A stretch of DNA of 64,000 nucleotides from Eledone cirrhosa (lineage: Eukaryota): contig OZ024755.1 of NCBI GenBank assembly GCA_964016885.1, forward strand, positions 40,672,001 to 40,736,000, in the 5' to 3' direction. Each line of letters begins with the position of its first letter. The stretch's first letter is position 1. A program made the position numbers and the translations under genes. Of this stretch, positions 35,310-48,500 are shown in pieces. The notes under the pieces are model-generated. The model was not told where the DNA came from. It ran no database searches and worked only from the letters and a program-made list of their open reading frames with translations.

Positions 35310-35310
<1 letters not shown>
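35135..35310 (+). mobile_element. Hammerhead element, family F, with a 35-bp inverted 5' arm
   Basis: 35135-35169 is the reverse complement of 35211-35245. (TA)n flanks. Confidence 0.75.
35174..35211 (+). ncRNA. Minimal type I hammerhead ribozyme with a weak stem II (family F)
   Basis: CGAG CTGAGGA TCGGCTAAGGT GAAA CAATTG TT| CTCG. Palindromic CAATTG loop. Confidence 0.65.
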
Positions 35311-35365
<55 letters not shown>

Positions 35366-35745
35366 GTGTGTGTGTGTGCGTATGTATGTACACATATTTG
35401 TTTGTATGTGTATATTATATTTGTATATGTGTATGTGTGTATGTGCCATTATGTATGTTTGTTGTGTGTGTGCCTGCCTGTGTGTGCGTGCGTGTATGTG
35501 TGTGTACGTGTGTAAGTGGGCGAGTGTATGAATGTGTTTGTCGACACCTGGAATATATATTAAGAGAAACTTCACAATAAGGGGTCTCACCCCAACACTT
35601 GAATCTGTTGAAGGAACCCTTTCTGCCTTTGTCACCCTTATTTCAGCCTTAAAGAATTAGCTTCTAAAGAATTTCCCTTTTCTTTAAACCATTGAACCCC
35701 ACCTATCCTGTAGACACCTGTCTTACAGCCATTGTTAGTCTAAGT

Positions 35746-36489
35746 CACAGGTTCTCAACCCATTTAGGCCAAACGCCCCCTTTTGTCCCTCGAAATCACG
35801 AAACGCCCCCCCCCCCCCCTATTTTTCCATTTTTCAATATACTACTGATTTTTATATCAGTAGATTACTAAAAAATTGATTAACAATATTCCAAAGATGT
35901 GTGTATTATCTGATTATGTGTTGTATGTGGTCCTAGATGTGTGTATTATCTGATTATGTGTTGTATGTGGTCCTAGATGTGTGTGCTACTCGCTTCTGGT
36001 TTTTCTTTTCTTTTTTTTTATTTGTAATATTAATTATACAATAGGGAATAAAATAGATCTACATAGTGTTAACTCGTTACGGTTGAGTCAATAATTTCAG
36101 ACATGAAATACATTGTTATCGGTGAAGGAAAGATAAGATTCTAACTGGCTGCGCCCAAAGTGTCTTTGACCCAGTTGACTGTGGGTTTTTCCATTTTTAG
36201 GATCTCAATTACCGGTTAACGTCTCAATTACCGGACATGCCTGCACACCTGCTCACAGCTGAGGTCAGACTATAGTTATGCAAGCTCATTCAAATGCATT
36301 CACACTGGCTGTCTCAAAGACATACAAATATGGCTTATAAAACTTACCAAAATAAAGAGCCTTCCAGCGCCCCCTAACCCCCCTCCCCCAGCTCCAAATG
36401 CCCCCCTAACGCGACCTTGCTCCCAAACGCCCCCCTGGAGTTCCGAAACGTCTCCCGGGGGTGCATATGCCCCCCGTTGAGAACCTTTG
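35746..36489. mobile_element. Non-autonomous hAT-type DNA transposon (MITE), 744 bp
   Basis: 14-bp TIRs CACAGGTTCTCAAC / GTTGAGAACCTTTG (1 mismatch). 8-bp TSD GTCTAAGT at 35738-35745 and 36490-36497. Subterminal AACGCCCC repeats and an internal 40-bp tandem duplication (~35895-35985). Confidence 0.9.
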
Positions 36490-36703
36490 GTCTAAGTGAT
36501 AAACTAGGATTGGTATTCCAAATATGATTTGGTTTACAGTAATCTTTCTGCCTTTGTTAATATTATAGCTTTAAAGAATTAGCTTTTAATGAACTCCCTT
36601 TTCTTTAAATCCTTCACCCAATGACCTCCACCCATCCCAATCCCCCCCTCTCCTACCACCAGAAAAGAAAAGATATAAATACCACTACTTACTTGGACAG
36701 CCA

Positions 36704-36752
36704 GCTCCCTGATGATTTCTCACTAATGAAACAGTTCTAGTCCTGTAGAAGC
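36704..36752 (+). ncRNA. Type I hammerhead ribozyme (family A; element extends to 36842)
   Basis: GCTCC CTGATGA TTTCTCACTAAT GAAA CAG ttctagtc CTG TA| GAAGC. Core intact, stem II eroded. Confidence 0.65.
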
Positions 36753-36860
36753 CCTTCTATATTAAAACTTTTATACTCTGTTATGTATTGAGTACCTTAC
36801 TTACTGTGGTTACCTCCGATTCAACCCGGAATAACTTATCTTATATATATATATATATAT

Positions 36861-38085
<1,225 letters not shown>

Positions 38086-38284
38086 TATATATATATATAT
38101 AATAGGATATGTGTTCCTACACGCACAAGGCGCTAAGGGACACATGTATTGTCCAACCATATGCCAATGTGGTTCAATGGCAGGTTAATAAATTAACGAG
38201 CCAGAACATATATAATCAAGGTTTAGCAAATAAGATAAAGTTTCAAAATAAATTTTAAAAAATTAACTTTACTTACTATGGTTA

Positions 38285-38366
38285 CCTTTACCGAGTCGAT
38301 TTCTATTCTCAAAAATAAACGGAGTCCATACGGCCTTCGTTGCAAAGAAAGAATCTCGTCAGAAGG
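38285..38366 (-). ncRNA. Type I hammerhead ribozyme (family I), with two stem substitutions
   Basis: CCTT CTGACGA GATTCT...AGAATA GAAA TCGACTCGG TA| AAGG. Confidence 0.8.
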
Positions 38367-39012
38367 ATCTTTTCATTCGGAGAATATAAAATTCTCGAAT
38401 TCAAATTACGAACTGGCGCTATTCAAAATTGTTCCCGAGATGAGAGTAAATGAAATGGAATCAATTTTTTCAAGGGCCGAATGTAAAGATAGAGGCAGAG
38501 GCAGAGAGGTCAGATGGCTACTGCTATAACTAGCAGCAGTCAGAACGACCAAATTTTTCTCAACATAGAGGAGAATAGTTATAATAGGATATATGTTCCT
38601 ACACGCACAAGGTAACCATAGTAAGTAAAGTTAATTTTTTAAAATTTATTTTGAAACTTTATCTTATTTGCTAAACCTTGATTATATATGTTCTGGCTCG
38701 TTAATTTATTAACCTGCCATTGAACCACATTGGCATATGGTTGGACAATACATGTGTCCCTTAGCGCCTTGTGCGTGTAGGAACACATATCCTATTATTA
38801 CTATTCTCCTCTATGTTGAGAAAAATTTGGTCGTTCTGACTGCTGCTAGTTATAGCAGTAGCCGAATGACCTCCCTGCCTCCGCCTCTATCTTTACATTC
38901 GGCCCTTGAAAAAATTGATTCCACTTCATTTACTCTCATCTCGGGAACAATTTTGAATAGCGCCAGTTCGTAATTTGAATTCGAGAATTTTATATTCTCC
39001 AAATGAAAAGAT

Positions 39013-39092
39013 CCTTCTGACGAGATTCTTTCTTTGCAACGAAGGCCGTATGGCCCGTTTATTTTTGAGAATCGAAACCGACTCGGTAAAGG
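39013..39092 (+). ncRNA. Type I hammerhead ribozyme (family I), intact
   Basis: CCTT CTGACGA GATTCTT..AACG..GGCC gtat GGCC CGTT..GAGAATC GAAA CCG act CGG TA| AAGG. GUA cleavage predicted after 39088. Confidence 0.93.
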
Positions 39093-39162
39093 TAACCATA
39101 GTAAGTACAGTTAATTTTTTAAAATTTATTTTGAAACTTTATCTTATTTGCTAAACCTTGAT

Positions 39163-39193
<31 letters not shown>

Positions 39194-39218
39194 CTATATA
39201 TATATATGTATATCTATA

Positions 39219-39584
<366 letters not shown>

Positions 39585-39630
39585 TATTCAAAATGTTAAC
39601 AAATGAAAAATATTCGCATAATCAAAATAT

Positions 39631-39698
39631 ATACTTTATTATATATATTTCAAAGGTACTCTGGCGTTTTTTCAGTACGTCCTCATCAGACAAAATAT
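39631..39698 (-). ncRNA. Minimal type I hammerhead ribozyme (family C-like)
   Basis: ATATTTTGT CTGATGA GGACGTACT..AGTACCTTT GAAA TATATA TA| ATAAAGTAT. Confidence 0.82.
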
Positions 39699-39833
39699 AT
39701 GATTTGATATATGACATACCGCAATACATTTTGAATAATATTAGAAACTCCAAGAAAACATTCTGTTGAGTGCTTCTAATCTATTGTAAAACTGTATTCG
39801 TTGAGTAATCAACGAACCATATTAATCTTTGGT

Positions 39834-39942
<109 letters not shown>

Positions 39943-40111
39943 GGATGATATTAAGAAAAATGCTGCGATTACATAAATCATTTATTCATTATAAATATTT
40001 CAATGGTTCCATTATTCAATCCAAGATGTAGTATTTACATTTGTTGATGGCATGGGAACGATTTCTTCAGATGAAATATTCCTTTATATTATATGCTGCA
40101 AGTAAAAAGCA

Positions 40112-40121
40112 TCTTCTTCTT

Positions 40122-40151
<30 letters not shown>
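40112..40151. repeat. (TTC)n microsatellite
   Basis: Direct reading. Confidence 0.9.
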
Positions 40152-40153
<2 letters not shown>

Positions 40154-40503
40154 GTTCCCAACAAATAAGTTCCTAAAAGGGTCCTTTCAGCTATTGTGTG
40201 TACAATTTGTGGGGTGAAGCGTGATTAATGTGTCAGTTAGCAATCCTCACATCATCTGAATCTCCATCGTAACTACACAATACGAGTGTAGAGAGCTTTC
40301 TCCTGCATACACCTGCTTTTTGCCAAAACAACTTTTATTGAACACGAGCGCACACACGCACACACACGCACACACACACACACACACACATATGTTGGAG
40401 ACGCAGGACATGGCAGCGATAATGAGGGACAGAGACCGCTGGAGAGAACTCGTCCATGGATTTCGGGAATTTTACCCACCTTAAATAGATAGATATAGAT
40501 ATA

Positions 40504-40620
40504 TCAGAATGGATGCAGTAAAAACCAGTTAGACCATTACTCACCAGAGTACTCGATACTTGGTGGTTTGGTGGTAGAGTGAGTAATATGTAAAATTCGG
40601 GATCCATCCCGAATTTTAAA
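40504..40620 (-). mobile_element. Short family B-like 3' fragment ending in a hairpin
   Basis: gaccattactcaccagagtactcgatacttgg..ggtagagtgagtaat resembles 33165-33213. Terminal hairpin taaaattcgggat cc atcccgaatttta. Confidence 0.6.
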
Positions 40621-41219
40621 TATATATGTAGTGACCTACATTCCGCGGGCTCACATACATTCTCTGTGCGTGATTTGGCTCAGTTCAGCCAATCAGCGCC
40701 AGTAGAAGAGGATGTATCCCTACGCGCCCTGAGGAAGAAATTCCCCGCGAAGATTTGAAGAATCTCTCTTGTACCAGAAACTTCGAGCCAGCAACACGCA
40801 TAATGTAACGGTGAGATTTTACACCCTAGCCTCGCCGGCTTAACGGCGCAATGGCACATTCCCTTTTGTAACCTCTTTTTATCTGTAACTTCAACCATAT
40901 AAGTTAACAAACATTGTTTGTGCTACATCAAAAATAAACATACATTTCATCTCTAATTTCTGCTGTTGAAATCATTATTGTGTTACTCGTGTCTCAATAA
41001 CATCTATAATCCATGCTGCTGGAATTGGCGACCTGGCGAAAGGAATATTGTAAATACAAAGATGGTAAATAGATCGAGGGACCTTCCCTCACGTCTATGT
41101 CGACAAGATAATCCAACGAGGATACAATCACTTACCACACTGGCAACCAACGACCTTTCATTCTTCTAACCTGTTAAAGTGGCGACTACAATAATCCTCT
41201 GCATACTGCTAAATATATA

Positions 41220-41348
<129 letters not shown>

Positions 41349-41551
41349 ATTGGGAGTTACCAGTTTAGATTAGTAAGATTGTTCAGCAAAGAACTCAATA
41401 CTTGGATAAGTTGAGTTTATGTATTGTGAAACGCTAATCCTCCCAACTGTTTTTTGGCAGATTTTCTACAGTTGGATGACCTTCCTATCACTGTCACTTT
41501 ACAACTGAGGGTTTGCATGTTTCTATTCCTTTCTGGTTTCTGGGTGTTGGT

Positions 41552-42249
41552 GATTAGTCCTAGTTTAGATTACTAAAATAGCTGTGGATGTTGAGGAGGG
41601 ATTAGTCCTAGTTTAGATTACTAAAATAGCTGTGGATGTTGAGGAGGGATTAGTCCTAGTTTAGATTACTAAAATAGCTGTGGATGTTGAGGAGGGATTA
41701 GTCCTAGTTTAGATTACTAAAATAGCTGTGGATGTTGAGGAGGGATTAGTCCTAGTTTAGATTACTAAAATAGCTGTGGATGTTGAGGAGGGATTAGTCC
41801 TAGTTTAGATTACTAAAATAGCTGTGGATGTTGAGGAGGGATTAGTCCTAGTTTAGATTACTAAAATAGCTGTGGATGTTGAGGAGGGATTAGTCCTAGT
41901 TTAGATTACTAAAATAGCTGTGGATGTTGAGGAGGGATTAGTCCTAGTTTAGATTACTAAAATAGCTGTGGATGTTGAGGAGGGATTAGTCCTAGTTTAG
42001 ATTACTAAAATAGCTGTGGATGTTGAGGAGGGATTAGTCCTAGTTTAGATTACTAAAATAGCTGTGGATGTTGAGGAGGGATTAGTCCTAGTTTAGATTA
42101 CTAAAATAGCTGTGGATGTTGAGGAGGGATTAGTCCTAGTTTAGATTACTAAAATAGCTGTGGGTGTTGAGGAGGGATTAGTCCTAGTTTAGATTACTAA
42201 AATAGCTGTGGGTGTTGAGGAGGGATTAGTCCTAGTTTAGACTACTAAA
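41552..42249. repeat. 48-bp minisatellite, ~14.5 near-identical copies
   Basis: Unit GATTAGTCCTAGTTTAGATTACTAAAATAGCTGTGGATGTTGAGGAGG. Confidence 0.97.
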
Positions 42250-42509
42250 GTATCTTCACCTATGGAGACATTGACACACAGACAGGCAACGAACAATATT
42301 AGAATTCCATTTCATTTTAACAAAGCGGAATGTGTAATGATGATCTATTTTAGTATAATAACAGAAATAGTTTCTGTTGACAATGACGACTGGCTAGGTT
42401 GATCTCACGTTGCAATGTTGTCAGACAGGTTAACATTTCTGATGCCAGCGCACGTATATAACCCAGTGTTAATGAGAGAAAATACTACATGTATTACTAC
42501 TAGTTAAAA

Positions 42510-45500
42510 TTAACCCTTTCATTACCATATTTCTAATGAAAGACACTGTCTATGTCATTAACCCTTCCATTACCATATTTCTAATGAAAGACAATGTCTA
42601 TGTCTTTAACACTTTCATTACCATATTTCTAATGAAAGACACTGTCTATGTCTTTAACACTTTCATTACCATATTTCTAATGAAAGACACTGTCTATGTC
42701 TTTAAACCTTTCATTACCATATTTCTAATGAAAGACACTGTCTATGTCTTTAACACTTTCATTACCATATTTCTAATGAAAGACACTGTCTATGTCTTTA
42801 ACCCTTTCATTACCATATTTCTAATGAAAGACACTGTCTATGTCATTAACCCTTCCATTACCATATTTCTAATGAAAGACACTGTCTATGTCTTTAACAC
42901 TTTCATTACCATATTTCTAATGAAAGACACTGTCTATGTCTTTAACACTTTCATTACCATATTTCTAATGAAAGACACTGTCTATGTCTTTAACACTTTC
43001 ATTACCATATTTCTAATGAAAGACACCGTCTATGACATTAACCCTTTCATTACCATATTTCTAATGATAGACACTGTCTATGTCATTAACCCTTCCATTA
43101 CCATATTTCTAATGATAAACACTGTCTATGTCATTAACCCTTCCATTACTAGATTTCTAATGAAAGACACTGTATATGTCATTAACCCTTCCATTACCAT
43201 ATTTCTAATAAAAGACACCGTCGATGTCATTAACCCTTTCATTACCATATTTCTAATGAAAGACACTGTCTATGTCATTAAACCTTCCATTACCATATTT
43301 CTAATAAAAGACACCGTCTATGTCTTTAAACCTTTCATTACCATATTTCTAATGAAAGACACTGTCTATGTCATTAACCCTTTCATTACCATATTTCTAA
43401 TGAAAGACACTGTCTATGTCTTTAACACTTTCATTACCATATTTCTAATGACAGACACCGTCTATGTCATTAACACTTTCATTACCATATTTCTAATGAA
43501 AGACACCGTCTATGTCATTAACCCTTTCATTACCATATTTCTAATGAAAGACACCGTCTATGTCTTTAACACTTTCATTACCATATTTCTAATGAAAGAA
43601 ACCGTCTATGTCTTTAACACTTTCATTACCATATTTCTAATGAAAGACACCGTCTATGTCTTTAACACTTTCATTACCATATTTCTAATGAAAGACACTG
43701 TCTATGTCATTAACCCTTCCATTACCATATTTCTAATGAAAGACACTGTCTATGTCATTAACAATTTCATTACCATATTTCTAATGAAAGACACCGTCTA
43801 TGTCTTTAACACTTTCATTACCATATTTCTAATGAAAGACACCGTCTATGTCATTAACCCTTCCATTACCATATTTCTAATGAAAGACACTGTCTATGTC
43901 ATTAACAATTTCATTACCATATTTCTAATGAAAGACACCGTCTATGTCTTTAACACTTTCATTACCATATTTCTAATGAAAGACACTGTCTATGTCATTA
44001 ACCCTTCCATTACCATATTTCTAATGAAAGACACTGTCTATGTCATTAACAATTTCATTACCATATTTCTAATAAAAGACACCGTCTATGTCTTTAACAC
44101 TTTCATTACCATATTTCTAATGAAAGACACTGTCTATGTCATTAACCCTTCCATTACCAGATTTCTAATGAAAGACACTGTCTATGTCATTAACCCTTCC
44201 ATTACCAGATTTCTAATGAAAGACACTGTCTATGTTATTAACCCTTCCATTACCAGATTTCTAATGAAAGACACTGTCTATGTCATTAACCCTTCCATTA
44301 CCAGATTTCTAATGAATGACACTGTATATGTCATTAACCCTTCCATTACCATATTTCTAATGAAAGACACTGTCTATGTCATTAAACCTTCCATTACCAT
44401 ATTTCTAATAAAAGACACCGTCTATGTCTTTAACCCTTCCATTGCCATATTTCTAATAAAAGACACTGTCTATGTCTTTTATCCTTTCATTACCATATTT
44501 CTAATGAAAGACACCGTCTATGTCATTAACCCTTCCATTACCATATTTCTAATGAAAGACACCGTCTATGTCTTTAACCCTTCCATTACCATATCTCTAA
44601 TGAAAGACACTGTCTATGTCATTAACCCTTTCATTATCATATTTCTAATAAAAGACACTGTCAATGTCATTAACCCTTTCATTACCATATTTCTAATGAG
44701 AGACACTGTCTATGTCATTAACCCTTCCATTACCATATTTCTAATGAAAGACACTGTCTATGTCATTAAACCTTCCATTACCATATTTCTAATAAAAGAC
44801 ACCGTCTATGTCTTTAATCCTTTCATTACCATATTTCTAATGAAAGACACTGTCTATGTCATTAACCCTTTCATTACCATATTTTTAATGAAAGACACTG
44901 TCTATGTCTTTAACACTTTCATTACCATATTTCTAATGAAAGACACTGTATATGTCATTAACCCTTCCATTACCATATTTCTAATCAAAGACACTGTCTA
45001 TGTCATTAACCCTTCCATTACCAGATTTCTAATGAAAGACACTGTATATGTCATTAACCCTTCCATTACCATATTTCTAATGAAAGACACTGCCTATGTC
45101 ATTAAACCTTTCATTACCATATTTCTAATAAAAGACACCGTCGATGTCATTAACCCTTTCATTACCATATTTCTAATGAAAGACACTGTCTATGTCATTA
45201 AACCTTCCATTACCATATTTCTAATAAAAGACACCGTCTATGTCTTTAACCCTTCCATTGCCATATTTCTAATAAAAGACACTGTCTATGTCATTAAACC
45301 TTTCATTACCATATTTCTAATGAAAGACACTGTCTATGTCTTTAATCCTTTCATTACCATATTTCTAATGAAAGACACTGTCTATGTCATTAACCCTTCC
45401 ATTACCAGATTTCTAATGAAAGACACTGTATATGTCATTAACCCTTCCATTACCATATTTCTAATGAAAGACACCGTCTATGTCATTAACCCTTCCATTA

Positions 45501-48500
45501 CCATATTTCTAATGAAAGACACTGTCTATGTTATTAACCCTTCCATTACCATATTTCTAATGAAAGACACTGTCTATGTCATTAACCCTTCCATTTACAG
45601 ATTTCTAATGAAAGACACTGTATATGTCATTAACCCTTCCATTGCCATATTTCTAATGAAAGACACTGTCTATGTCATTAACCCTTTCATTACCATGTTT
45701 CTAATAAAAGACACTGTCTATGTCTTTAACCCTTCCATTACCATATTTCTAATGAAAGACACTGTCTATGTCATTAAACCTTCCATTACCATATTTCTAA
45801 TAAAAGACACCGTCTATGTCTTTAACCCTTCCATTGCCATATTTCTAATAAAAGACACTGTCTATGTCTTTTATCCTTTCATTACCATATTTCTAATGAA
45901 AGACACCGTCTATGTCATTAACCCTTCCATTACCATATTTCTAATGAAAGACACCGTCTATGTCTTTAACCCTTCCATTACCATATTTCTAATGAAAGAC
46001 ACTGTCTATGTCATTAACCCTTCCATTACCATATTTCTAATGAAAGACACGGTCTATGTCATTAACCCTTCCATTACCAGATTTCTAATGAAAGACACTG
46101 TATATGTCATTAACCCTTCCATTACCATATTTCTAATGAAAGACACTGTCTATGTCATTAACCCTTCCATTACCATATTTCTAATGAAAGACACTGTCTA
46201 TGTCTTTAACACTTTCATTACCATATTTCTAATGAAAGACACTGTCTATGTCATTAACCCTTTCATTACCATATTTCTATTGAAAGACACCGTCTATGTC
46301 TTTAACACTTTCATTACCATATTTCTAATGAAAGACACCGTCTATGTCATTAACCCTTTCATTACCATATTTCTAATGAAAGACACCGTCTATGTCTTTA
46401 ACCCTTCCATTACCATATTTCTAATGAAAGACACTGTCTATGTCATTAACCCTTTCATTATCATATTTCTAATAAAAGACACTGTCAATGTCATTAACCC
46501 TTTCATTACCATATTTCTAATGAAAGACACTGTCTATGTCATTAACCCTTCCATTACCATATTTCTAATGAAAGACACTGTCTATGTCATTAAACCTTCC
46601 ATTACCATATTTCTAATAAAAGACACCGTCTATGTCTTTAATCCTTTCATTACCATATTTCTAATGAAAGACACTGTCTATGTCATTAACCCTTTCATTA
46701 CCATATTTTTAATGAAAGACACTGTCTATGTCTTTAACACTTTCATACCATATTTCTAATGAAAGACACTGTATATGTCATTAACCCTTCCATTACCATA
46801 TTTCTAATCAAAGACACTGTCTATGTCATTAACCCTTCCATTACCAGATTTCTAATGAAAGACACTGTATATGTCATTAACCCTTCCATTACCATATTTC
46901 TAATGAAAGACACTGCCTATGTCATTAACCCTTTCATTACCATATTTCTAATAAAAGACACCGTCGATGTCATTAACCCTTTCATTACCATATTTCTAAT
47001 GAAAGACACTGTCTATGTCATTAAACCTTCCATTACCATATTTCTAATGAAAGACACTGTCTATGTTATTAACCCTTCCATTACCATATTTCTAATGAAA
47101 GACACTGTCTATGTTATTAACCCTTCCATTACCATATTTCTAATGAAAGACACTGTCTATGTCATTAACCCTTCCATTACCAGATTTCTAATGAAAGACA
47201 CTGTATATGTCATTAACCCTTCCATTACCATATTTCTAATGAAAGACACTGTCTATGTCATTAACCCTTCCATTACCTTATTTCTAATGAAAGACACTGT
47301 CTATGTCTTTAACACTTTCATTACCATATTTCTAATGAAAGACACTGTCTATGTCATTAACCCTTTCATTACCATATTTCTATTGAAAGACACCGTCTAT
47401 GTCTTTAACACTTTCATTACCATATTTCTAATAAAAGACACCGTCTATGTCATTAACCCTTTCATTACCATATTTCTAATGAAAGACACTGTCTATGTCA
47501 TTAACCCTTTCATTACCATATTTCTAATAAAAGACACCGTCTATGTCTTTAACCCTTTCATTACCATATTTCTAATAAAAGACACCGTCTATGTCATTAA
47601 CCCTTTCATTACCATATTTCTAATGAAAGACACTGTCTATGTCATTAACCCTTCCATTACCATATTTCTAATGAAAGACACTGTCTATGTCATTAACCCT
47701 TCCATTACCATATTTCTAATGAAAGACACTGTATATGTCATTAACCCTTCCATTACCATATTTCTAATGAAAGACACTGTCTATGTCTTTAACACTTTCA
47801 TTACCATATTTCTAATGAAAGACACTGTCTATGTCTTTAAACCTTTCATTACCATATTTCTAATAAAAGACACCGTCTATGTCTTTAACCCTTCCATTAC
47901 CATATTTCTAATGAAAGACACTGTCTATGTCATTAACCCTTCCATTACCATATTTCTAATGAAAGACACTGTATATGTCATTAACCCTTCCATTACCATA
48001 TTTCTAATGAAAGACACTGTCTATGTCATTAACCCTTCCATTACCAGATTTCTAATGAAAGACACTGAATATGTCATTAACCCTTCCATTACCATATTTC
48101 TAATGAAAGACACTGTCTATGTCATTAACCCTTTCATTACCATATTTCTAATGAAAGACACTGTCTATGTCATTAACCCTTCCATTACCATATTTCTAAT
48201 GAAAGACACTGTCTATGTCATTAACCCTTCCATTACCATAATTCTAATGAAAGACACTATCTATGTCTTTCACCCTTCCATTAACATATTTCTAATGAAA
48301 GACACTGTCTATGTCATTAACCCTTTCATTACCATATTTCTAATGAAAGACACTGTCTATGTCATTAACCCTTCCATTACCATATTTCTAATGAAAGACA
48401 CTGTCTATGTCATTAACCCTTCCATTACCATAATTCTAATGAAAGACACTATCTATGTCTTTCACCCTACCATTACCATATTTCTAATGAAAGACACTGT

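Larger units (their letters stand above)
38099..39165. mobile_element. Retrozyme-like element, family I: two head-to-head copies, each longer than one ~480-nt monomer
   Basis: Minus arm 38099-38612 has period 482 (ataatagg at 38099 and 38581). Plus arm 38609-39165 has period 480 (aaggtaacc at 38609 and 39089). (TA)n flanks. Confidence 0.9.

Noticed and set aside
40045-40085. Minus-strand TATTTCAT-CTGAAGA resembling a family C hammerhead start
   Set aside because: No stem II/GAAA/UH half follows, so it is at most a remnant.
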